A DNA stretch of 64,000 bases from Setoptus koraiensis. Lineage: Eukaryota; Animalia; Arthropoda. The stretch is from positions 7,440,001 through 7,504,000 of the forward strand of contig CM106586.1 of NCBI GenBank assembly GCA_048013815.1, given 5' to 3'. The position numbers and the translations under genes were made by a program. The notes under the pieces are model-generated. The model did no database searches and had not been told where the DNA came from. It worked only from the letters and a program-made list of their open reading frames with translations. Shown here one piece after another: positions 53,405 through 64,000 of this stretch (positions are counted from its first letter, which is position 1; every line of letters starts with the position of its first letter).

Positions 53405-53478
53405 GGGCAGTTGCGGACAGTTGCGGACAGTTGCGGACAGTCGCGGGCAGTTGCGGACAGTCGCGGGCAGTTGCGGAC
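53405..53478 (+). repeat. 10-bp tandem repeat CAGT(T/C)GCGG(A/G) x7
   Basis: gggcagttgcggacagttgcggacagttgcggacagtcgcgggcagttgcggacagtcgcgggcagttgcggac. Confidence 0.92.
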
Positions 53479-56454
53479 GGCTCGAATGGGTCGGGCTGGC
53501 GAGTGCGATTAGGCCGCGCGCGGATCAACGGACCGATTGTGGTTGGGCGCAGAGTTGACATATTTCACAAAGTGTCAACTGATGCGCCCACTGAAAAGTA
53601 GTTGCGTAACAGTGTGTGTGTGTCTGACGGACAAAAGGAGGCGCAACAAATAACGGGCGACAACACAAAAGATACACGTGACACACACACACACACCGGT
53701 GAGCGGGCCTGGCCACACGCCGACAGTGGCGATGGGCGCGCGGGAGCGAAAGCGAATTGATTTGCATAACGTCATTGCGTCATCGGCTATTATTAACGCT
53801 TATTATTGTGTGTCATGCAATGTGTGTGTGTGCGATCATTATCGCTCATGATGCAATACTACCAACAAGCTTGCTGTAATCGCTTGCTGGTGATTGGTGA
53901 TTGTCAGGCACGATGCTAATCGCCGATGGTGCGGCTAGGTGGCAATGAATACAGAGTGACATTGATGCGACAGCAACAACAACAACCATTATGTGTCACA
54001 ATACAACTGTACTCATTAGTAATAGTGTGTTATGTAATCTGTTGGCGCGATGCTGATGCTAATCAAGTGGCTGCCAGCCAGTTGCCAGTGTTACATATAC
54101 TGCACACTATTACGCAATATATATGTATATACAGTGTGTTGCGCGCTCTAATTGTTGTGGCATCTTTATTGTTGTGACACCAACGCGGGCCCCATCACTG
54201 TCACACGCTGCTCTCGATCACTGGGCTGCAACATCTTGATAAGTGCATCTTGTTAGGCTGGCTTGTCGCTCGGTGTCAATGTGGCCAGCACACAATGCGC
54301 TGCCATCTTACAGTGGCTGCGAGCTGCCAGCTGTATTGGTGGTGGTCGCGAATGTCGCTAGGTCGCGCCGCACTGTGCGCCTAGCGACATTCGCGACCAC
54401 CACCAATACAGCTACGCAGGCTGTTAACCGTGATGCAGATTGAATGCACGTGTAATTACTCGGCCACGCTCGTGCCGAGCGGCCAGATCCTCAAACTGTC
54501 ACGCTAATATCAGGCCGGCATCGCGCTGATATCACGCCAGCATCGCGCTGGTATCACGCCTGCATCACGGGCCTCGCTGTCGCGGCCGCACCGCCAAGAG
54601 CGCCCCTGCCGACCAACCATTCCAACAAATGGCGAGATAAAATAATAATGGCGCCAATAATAGACCGGTGCTATTAAGGGGAACGTGTGTCGTTTGTGAG
54701 AGACGACGTGCCTATTAGGGCCACTGTCACAGCCAGCGATCAACAATCGGGTCGCTGACAGCGCCAAGACAACATGACGACAGTTAGGGGCCCCAAAAGT
54801 TCACTGCTCAATGTAGTGGATACGAATGTGCCAAATGAGCAGTGAGCTCATTGTGTCTGGGCCGCTCGTTGCGTGAGGTGCGCACGGGCCCCGCGTGCTA
54901 TCAATGGGGGCCGCTCGTTCTGACGAAACATCTCTCATGATTGACTGGCCCCCACAAACGATACGACCGGATCACGTTTTGCAGCGGCCATTTTGTTTGC
55001 TGGCTGTCAGTTTTTTCGTGAGTGTTTGCGCACAATCGCATTACAATTCGAACGGCGGATAACGCCGTCGGAAAATCAATGCCAGTCGCTATTGACGCTA
55101 TTGAGTGGCTCCGATGAATCAGATGTTCAGATCTGTACACCAATCGGGCAACGATTTTATTTTTATTTTCATTTCAATATTGGTCAGCATCGGTTGGCAT
55201 TAGCGGTGGCCGCACGAATGGGGCCCAAGACGCACCAGTCAACATACAACTGACCAGTCACATTTAAATAGCTGGTTGGTGTGCACTTTATTATATCATT
55301 GTGTCGCTGCCACCAGCGCCAAACACACGACCAAATATGCACTAAAAGATCGCTTTGCGTTTTGCTCGACTAGCGCACTGGACAAGCAAATAGAGACAAG
55401 CTAAAGTGACAGGTATGCGGCCGCGAGCCAGCGCCCGCAAAAGATGGGCACCCGCCCGCGACAGCTGGCCTTTGCGGCTTCCGAGGGTCGCCTCAATTGA
55501 TACTTGGGATTCATTTTCGATGCGCAACTGTGTCCATTGGCCTATCGATTGGCGGCCGGGAGATCGCCGGCGGGCCGGGTGCGCGCCTGGGCCCCAGCGC
55601 CTGAGTCAGCACAACCGGCTCACTTGCCCATAGCGGTGCCTCTCTGTCCGGCCATCTCTGCCCAGCGGATCCAGTGTAGCCCGACGGGATCCAGCGAGGC
55701 CCCACTGTCGGAGGCAGCGCGCCCTATGTGGCGCGGTATTTGGCGAGCCGGGCAATTGGCCAGCTTGTGCACATTATGGCAGTCAATTCATTAGGGCGCC
55801 ACTATTACGGCTGCAACCGTTATAACGGATATCATAAATGGTACAACTGATATTATAACTATTATGCCAGATATCATGACTGCCATAACTGATATTGGCC
55901 AGCTCGAGCAGGCCCGACATGGGAGCCCGGCAGCGAGCGGCGCGCTTAAATGGGCCCGCTGGCTCCTCTTACCTTGCTCTATTAAATATCATCATAAATA
56001 CCCAGCCAATATCATCATAAATATCCGCCAATATCATGAATATAAGCGAGCCGGCTATAAATACACGCCGGGCCAGCTGGTGCCCGCGCTGCTGACTCGT
56101 CACGCGCTGCCTCTCGGAACGGGCCCACGGTAACGTGGCTAAATGTTTGTCATGTTTGGCATATTCATGTGCCTGAGCGGCCAAGATGAATTATTATGGA
56201 TGGCGATGGTTGGCTGGCGAGCCGTACGGCATTATTATAACGTTATGGCAAGCTCGCAACGGCGAGGCGAGCTCGCAATGACGCGCCGAGCTCGCAACAA
56301 CGCGCCGAGCTTATAACGGTGAGGCGAGCTGGCAAGTGGAGCAGTCAAAAATGGCGCGAGCTGCCACGAGCTAATACTCCGACAGAACCAATGTATTTAT
56401 TATATTAAATAACATTAGCGCGCGCGGGCGCGTTTCGTGTTTGTTAATGTCGTT

Positions 56455-56565
56455 GTTGCCGCTGCCGCTGCTGCTGTTGTTGTTGTTGTTGCTGTTGTTG
56501 TTGTTGCTGTTGTTGTTGTTGCTGTTGTTGTTGTTGCTGTTGTTGTTGTTGCTGTTGTTGGCGTT
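56455..56565 (+). repeat. (GTT/GCT)n trinucleotide tract
   Basis: 15-bp higher-order unit GCTGTTGTTGTTGTT repeated about 6 times; a similar tract lies at about 59565-59625. Confidence 0.9.
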
Positions 56566-59500
56566 GGCGTCGGCGTCGGAAATTTCAAATGCCAAACACA
56601 TTGTGTTAGTGCATGATTGGCTGCAAGCAGTCAACAACAACAGCGACAACAACTTGAACACTATTGACAGTGGGCCCCAGCAGCCAATTTGCAATTGGAG
56701 TGCCAATCGAAATTGAAATACAATTCTCGTTCGTTTCGTCAGCCACCACTGAGTGGGCCCGTCCGCGCGACCCGGCCATAATATAGAAATCGAATTGCAA
56801 GTCCCGCTTGATGCAACTTGATTTGGCAGCCTCACTCTTGGCGCCGGGGCCCCAAATTAAACTCAGCCAAGCCGGCCCGCGGATGAGCCAATATCGGCTG
56901 GCAACAACATTTGCATAATGACGTACACAATCCATGCACCCACTCTCAACGTTGGCGCAGTGTCTGGCTCGCAATCGATTACATTTTGCACCATCTCCAT
57001 CTGGCAAGACTGGTTTTGGTTTTTTTCACTTTACTATTGCCATTGTTTGCCTTATCGCGATCCTTCATCCGGCCCAAAATTGTTGTGAGCAAAGTTACGG
57101 CTCAAATGGGGCCAGTTTTCGTTGCCTTCGCGCTAATTGAGTCACCAACCAAATTTGTGCCAGCCATCGGGTTGGTGGGCAGAATTTTAATTTCGGCCCG
57201 ATGAAACAATTGGATCGATTGGCAGATGCCGATAATTTTTCAGTGATAAATTATATATAAATATAAATGAACCGGTATATAAATAAACTAACTACTAAGT
57301 TAATATAAATAAACTAACCGATCGAATGATCGAAATGCCGAACAGTTATGGCGCCCAAATTAATCGTTTGCCGAGCCTTGTCTGATTAAACACAGCATAA
57401 AGCCAGATGCTCGAATGGGCCAAATCTAATCAAAAAGACAAGTTTCGGAAATTGGCTTTACTCATCGACAGACAACTGTCTCGCGGGTTGAAAGTCGGGT
57501 TGAAATTCACGACTGGCGATTCGCGACTCGTGAATTACGACTCAAGATTCAAGATTCACGATTCGCGAATCACGAGGCTCGCTCTGACGAAAATAAATTG
57601 AACTTAAGATTTTCATTTATCTTTTGTGCCGCCTGCATGGGTCTCACGCGCTCGAATGATGCATGATGCAATTTGCATCTAACGCCGGATATCTGGCCGC
57701 ATTCATCCGGAATCCGGATGCAAATTGATGCTTCGACATGCGGGCTCAGAATTATCGACTCAACACACCTCACCTGAATACTCCAGCGACTGGAGTCCAG
57801 GCACAGGAATAGTTCGGCTCGGAAGCGATTTGCCCTACCCTAGTCATTATTCTAATGAGAGCCTGCGCACTCACAAAAAATTACTTGGCAAAAATTATTT
57901 GGAACAAAGAAAAATAACTGCATCCTCTTGAGCGTAGTGTCTAGAATCAAGCGTCTGGGGCCCGATGAGGAAGCGGACGTTCTTGCATGTCCATCTCTCG
58001 AGCCGGACCGAACCGAACCGAGATGCGGCCTGAACTTCCGGTCGGTTGCGTCCGGCCCGTTGGGACGGGTTTACCGAGAGGGCAGAGTGGCACAAGTATC
58101 TAGAATATCAAGAATTGTCCGCTTATTTGTTGAATGACCGCTTACGCGTATACGTGCCAAATATATAAATATAATGCCAAACGTGCAAAAATAAAATTGA
58201 CAGCTCTAACAGATCGCTGACATAATCGTTGGTCGCATGCCTACTGGACACTGTCTGCTCACCTGTTCTGTGTAGGCCCACTGTGAGGCCAGAAATTGGC
58301 TGTGACGCAAGAGTAGCTGACCAAAATTCAGTAGCCAGTATCGCTGGCAGCAACAGAGAGACGGCGTGCTCGCTGGCCGGAACAGCTCCGTTTATTTATA
58401 CATGCAAATCGCAGCCGAATGGGGACACCAAGCCGCACCAGTGAGCGTGTCTTGCAAAACGATACGGCCTGTGTGTTACAGTTTATCAAGGTGAGGCCCG
58501 CCTGGCAAAGTGAGTTACGTCTAGCCCGCTTACGCCCAACCAACCAACCAACAATAATATGAATAATATAGGGGGCGCGCGTTGCATTCAGCGAGCAATT
58601 CATATGACGCGCTCATATTACACACACACACACACGTTTGGCGCAAATTGAAATGGGGTCTCAGCTCGCGCTAGACTGACTCCAGACACCTGCTCAATGA
58701 ATGAGTTAATGGCAACAATGACAAGAGTTGGCTGCTGCCGCCGCCGGACTGCAACGCCGGCTTGCAGGGGCTCCCGGCGAGTGCAGCGCGCCAATTTTGT
58801 CGCTCGCCGTCGGGCCCACGGCGCCATTTGAGCGGCCGGACAATGACTTCATTTGCCATTTATCATTTGGGCAGCGAGCTTTATCATTTGGCAGCAGACT
58901 GGCGCCACCAGTGTCCACTCGAGCTCTCGAGTCCAGACTCTACACTCTGCTGTGGTGATGGGCGCGGGCCAGGGGGCCGGGTAGTGCGAGCCCGAGTCGA
59001 CCGCCGGGCAGGGCCCGCCCGGGTCGGCCGCAAATGCGGCAGTTGTGCGGTTGTGCGCGGCCCGGCCGGAGTCCGGTTGCGCGCCAGAGACATCATTATC
59101 CGATTGGGCCAGTCAGTGCAGTGGCCAGCAGTCGCGCAGCGCCCGATCACCGCCCAATGCGGCCCACTGATGCCGACGGTGTCGCCCGATCGCCCGGCGA
59201 CGATACCGGCCGACGCTGACACCGGAGCGGCACTCCAGCGGCGCAGCTGCCGCTGACGGGCCTAGGTGTGCATATAGGTGCATACATGTCATCAATATAA
59301 TCAGCATAATCAGAGCGGAGGCCCGGCAGCAAATTATGCGAAAAAATTGTTGCAGTTGGCGCCGCTGTTGATCGTGGCCCGATTTATGGATATCCGCGGC
59401 CGGCCTCAACCGGTTATGTAAGATATCGGGGCCGCGCTTGGCGACACTGAGATATGATATGATTATGCCAGCGTTGTTTGTCGCAAACAATCGCGCCCCC

Positions 59501-62500
59501 TGCACGCCGAGCCCGCACCGACAGCGGCCGGCGATGTCGTTCGATCTCCTTCGAGCCGCCGCCGCTGTCGTTGTTGCTGTCGTTGTTGTTGTTGTTGCTG
59601 TCGTTGTTGTTGTTGTTGTTGTTGAGAACAGTAAAGATTGAGTAACGGCGAGATACTCAGAAATAAAATCCAACTCGCGCTGCATTAATGCCGCCCGCTC
59701 CGTGCGACTCTGCGGGCCCAACGCGGGCCCCTCCAGCTCGTTGTTTCTGGGCCGGTTGTCGTGTGTGTGTGTCGCGAGTCGCGCGACAAACAACTAGCAC
59801 TAACAACTTGCCGGCGCAACTGGGGCCCCTCTCAAACTTTCAACTGTGCGCTGCCTCATCATCCAGCCAGCCACGCAACCGGCCAGCGAGACGCAGTGCA
59901 GATGCGATGCGATTCCGATTCGTATTTATACAACTCGATCTTTATGCCAGCCAGCCAGCCAGCCAGAGACTCGCTCGCTGCCAACAACCGCCAACAACAG
60001 CGACATGTTATTGTGTCACTGAGGGGCCCATTGTGCGGGGCCCGGCCCACAGACGCTCAGACACATCGCTCAGTGTTGCCATCTGTCTATTGTGTGCGGG
60101 GCCAGATATTGGGTTTGAGACGGGCCTGGCGTGATATTGTGCCGGATAGCGCACAAAACAGACAGACAGACAGCGCCGGGCCGGGCCGAGCCGAGCCGGG
60201 CATTACATGGGGCCCCAGCCAGCTCGGCTGGGACACATATAATGCACATAATGGACTCACAAGGCGAATCAATTTGGGCCCGATCGAATCTGGCGAGCGC
60301 AAGACGACGAGACGCACAATTGTCCCGCCCTTTGCGCCGCCAATCAGTCTAGCGATGCGGCGGCCGGTCACTCGGGCCGCCGCTCGGGCACGTCGCTCGG
60401 GTTTGGCACGGTGGCCGCCGCTCGGATGCGGCGCTCGGGTACGTCACTCGGATCGGTCGGCCGGATAAACTGCATGCATGCATGTGTACACGCCGAAGCG
60501 CCGGCCAGAGTCGTGGCTGCGCTGGCCGACGCGTCGATCGGGCTGGACGGGCCTGGCGAGGGTCGGGGCCGCGCGCCAGCTCGCCACACTGTCCGTCGAG
60601 TGCCAGCCGTCCGGACTCCGGACAGTTTGGCAAGCTCGCGCGCGGTTGAACGGGCGCTGGCGGGCTGGCTGGTTGGCGAGCTGGCGGGCTCGATGGGCGA
60701 AACAAAATGATGGCCAAATGATGTCGCCCGATACCGCACAAGACGGCGCTTGGCTGAGACGGCCAGCCAAGCAATCTCGGCCACGAATCTCATCGGGGCG
60801 CAACGTTTCGCTGGAAATGAGGCGCCTCGATGTCCGCCACTGGCAGCGCTGGCAGTCATCAGCGGCGCGGGCCCGCCACTTTGAGTCGCGCGGCCGGAGC
60901 GGGGGCCCGGCCGCGGCCGGCTCACGGACCAGCGAGCCTTTTTTGACACACAAACGAAATTTTTGCGCGCGCGAGCAGCACGCGCAACTTGCGCCAGCAG
61001 CACGCAAGCCTGCTCGCACATAATAGGCGGATATATATGTATTATATATATTACGTAATGACGAACAACAATGCAACAATAATAGATTTCGCGGCGCAGC
61101 CCCACATATCGCCGCATGCACACGACAAAACGCACACACGCACGACGCGGCGCACGCCCGGGGCCCCATTGTCCAAATTGCTACAGTGGCGCCGCCGCCG
61201 CTTGTTTGCCAGCGCCAGTGGGCCGCGCGGGGGCGACGCACCAAACGCTAAAAGGCCAGCTCTGGCTGGCGCGGGCCCTCCGAGCGACCGGCGCCAACCG
61301 GCCCGGCACCAGGCTGGCGACCGGCGCAACTGGGCCCCACTAAGTGTTTGGCGAGATATCGTGATTGCCTGGATTAGGCTCGGCTGCGACTCAAAAGCCG
61401 ACCGGCAAAGTCGAGTGGGGCGCCAAACAATCGAATTAGCGCCGCCACTGCAACCTAATATTGCTCGCCGGCGCCCAAATTGCCCGACAGCCAGCACCCA
61501 AAGCGATTCGGGTGCCGGCTCTGGGGGGCGCTCAGGGCCCCAAAGACCCGTCGTGTGGAGCGCTCGTTTGTGCGCACCGTTTGCGCCGTGTTTGTGCTGC
61601 GCGCAAAAAATCACTTACGCACTTGCCCGCGACTCCGCGCCAGTTACAAGTGCCAATTTGTTTCGGGGAGGGGGGGCGGCCGTCACTGCGGGCCGGAACG
61701 AGCGCCCGCTGGCCAGTGTCGCTGTCGGCCGGCCAACTGCCAATCGGCGCCACTCACCTGGTCGCTCGCGGATGAACGCGCAGCGTGCGAGCGGCCCCAC
61801 ATTATGACGGGCCCCACATTATGCTCGGCCCCCCATAATGGGGCCCGTATCCAAATCGCGCGGGGCGAGCAGCTTACGCTCTAATTTGGCTTTAACTGCC
61901 CATACTTTGTTGTGTCACTGGCGCGTCGCGATGCCCCAACGTCGTGGCCACGTAATACGCGCGTTTAGCGTTAGCACCGACATGGCCCACATAAAAGGTG
62001 AGTGGGCCCCACCGTTTCCGCCAGACTCGGCCCTTATCGTGCCGGTCAGCACGCGAGTTTGGCCGTCTGGCCGTAACGCTCAAATAGCCGCTACGTGACC
62101 ACTGTTGCGCGTGCCTTTTTTAGTTGCGTTCGTCTGAGCGGGCTGGCCGGCCCGATTCACTGGCAATTCGCACGATGTGAATGCCGGTCTGCGCCGGGCG
62201 CCCCTTTTGCTGCCCCAATGAGCGCTAGGGGGCCGCAGCTCACGGGCCAGCGCCCCGGCGACAATATTTGCTGATTGCTTTTCCTTGTCCGTGCAATTTT
62301 CAGTTTTAGCTAGCTCCGCTTTTAGCTGGCTTCGGCTGGCTCTGGCTTTAACCCCGACGGGTTCCCGTTCAAATTTCCATTTTTTATCCGGCGCGACACG
62401 GATGCTGTCTGTTTCGCGGGATTTTTCGGCGCCTCTTCACCGCTTTTCCTCGAAGCTGTTCGATGGCGCAGAAAAAAGCCCCAAAAAACCAGCCAAGAAC

Positions 62501-62552
62501 CTGTCGGCCTGAAAACTTGCTGCTGCCACCAATTATGGTGCCAATGCGGGAA

Positions 62553-62576
62553 TTTCGGCGGAAAATTCCGCCGAAA
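62553..62576. repeat. Perfect 11-bp inverted repeat with 2-nt spacer (TTTCGGCGGAA-AA-TTCCGCCGAAA)
   Basis: Direct base-by-base complement check. Confidence 0.9.
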
Positions 62577-63730
62577 ATTCCGAGCCTCCCCAATTTATCA
62601 AATAAAATCTCTCGATAAATCGTTCGAAAACCCTCAAAAATGTGCTGCAAAGTCGCGCTTCCTACCCGTCCGCCCGCAAAGCCCGTGCAGGCACGGCCAG
62701 GGGGACAAGACAGAGCTGCAGCGAGCACGCCGAGCGACCCCGAACGGGTTGCCGTTGTCAGTGTTTTGCTGAGAACGGTTTCTCAGCGATAAATAGAGGC
62801 CTCAGGAGGTTTGGCGCGGACACTGAGCGAGCTCAAGAGCTCAAGAATGAAAAATGGGCGCCGATGCTACGACGATAGAAATGGCGAAATGACGACTCGA
62901 CACAACGGTGGCGAGACGAGCCGAAAATCGAGCAAAACTGCCGGCCGGGCTCGGCTCCATCGGGCCGCATTGGGGGCGCCCCCCTCTTAATTTCAGCGTC
63001 TGAAAAGTCTTGCCCGCTCGACGCGCCGCAGTATGCAGGGGCCGGCGTGCGTAACTGTGGCTAACGACGCTCGCGAGTTGATGAGCATCTGATTATGACT
63101 GGATCGCTGGCTCGTCGCAACGCCAAATAAGCCTGCGATGCCCCCAAATTTTGAGGCCTGCGACGGCCTCAAAATTGGGGCCGGCTGGCTCGGCCAATTG
63201 GCCCGCAATTGGGGCCGCCTCGGGTAACTCGATCGTAAACTGGCTGTCGTAAATTTGTTGTCTGACTGACTCGGCTCATCGGAACAAAACCGTTAGCTGG
63301 CCGTCATTTTCTAATCATGTTAAGTTTGAGCCGAGGCGCCCCAACCGGGCAACTAGGTTAACTATGGTGGCAGCTGTTGCACCGACTGGCGCGCCTTCAC
63401 ATCAGGTGGTATTATGATAATAGTTTGCGGATCTGGCGGAACAAGCTGCAATAGAAGTGGCTCGTTGCGGCTGCCATTGCACTCTATTGCTCACTGTGCC
63501 CGATTGCAAACGGTACGTCGGGCCGGGCCGGGCCGGCCCGACCCGGCCGGTCGCACACAAACACAAATCGTTAGTGGTGGCAAGCTAGGTGCGCCATTAG
63601 CGGCGGTGCACATAGTCATCATCATCACCATAATGGTTCGTGACCATTTAGCTGATGACTGCGCTCATTAGCCACGGTTGCGCTGGCGCCCGATCCGGCC
63701 GCGGCACCCGTGACACCGGCGACATGAGCC

Positions 63731-63754
63731 TGTCGGCCGGCCGGCCGGCCGACA
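63731..63754. repeat. Perfect 24-bp palindrome TGTCGGCCGGCCGGCCGGCCGACA
   Basis: Direct base-by-base complement check; the core is (GGCC)4. Confidence 0.92.
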
Positions 63755-64000
63755 AACGGCAACGGCCCGGCCAGCCGACGGTCGGCCAGCCAACGGCAAC
63801 AGCGGCCCAATCGTATGCTAATGCCATGTCGCCGTCGCAATTAGAGCCGCGCCAATCCTCTGCACTCTCACTAATGCGGGCCCCATCTATGCGACCGCCT
63901 CGGGACCTCATTACGCCCACTATCGGGCACGATTAGTAGTCAGGTGTAATTAGGACGGTGGCACCGTGGACAGTGGCGTGGATATCCGCTCACGGGCCAC

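Noticed and set aside
47439-53478. Short tandem arrays as CRISPR-like arrays
   Set aside because: Units abut with no unique spacers, there are no cas genes, and the context is eukaryotic.
54727-54737. TCACAGCCAGC matching the miR-2 family 5' end
   Set aside because: The 3' half diverges and I see no complementary arm at pre-miRNA distance.
57725-58170. Protein-like fragments (HKKLLGKNYLEQRK; RWDGFTERAEWHKYLEYQEL)
   Set aside because: Short, in different frames, with no recognisable family or splice support.
58700-64000. Long ORFs of 150-270 aa in the GC-rich tail (e.g. 60368..61135, 60444..61244, 60989..61807)
   Set aside because: Overlapping on both strands, R/A/P/G-rich and without domains, as expected from stop-codon depletion at high GC.

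Overview
Eukaryotic (animal) genomic DNA. Gene content, the scarcity and shortness of introns, and pervasive CAA/CAG low-complexity tracts suggest a compact-genome arthropod, plausibly a mite; this is inference only. Recognisable genes in order: a serpin running off the left edge (-), TFIIH p62/GTF2H1 (-), a multiply disabled Gemin5-like WD40 pseudogene (-), an Msx homeobox gene (+, 2 exons), about 15 kb of mostly non-coding DNA, a short Smaug/SAMD4 (+, 2 exons), a 2209-aa single-ORF Neurotrophin-1/spz2-like cystine-knot gene (+), cornichon (-), AMPK alpha (+, intronless) and IFT81 (+, 2 exons). Near 49-51.6 kb lies a tandem pair of orphan secreted-protein genes (-). Their promoters, 5'-UTR introns and signal peptides are conserved while the mature regions have diverged strongly, and the pair is bracketed by ~410-440-bp diverged direct repeats. 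From ~44 kb to the end the DNA is largely non-coding, increasingly GC-rich, and dense in GGGCCC, palindromes and short tandem repeats. I saw no rRNA, tRNA, CRISPR array or intact transposase. All family assignments are by-eye motif recognition; no database searches were run.
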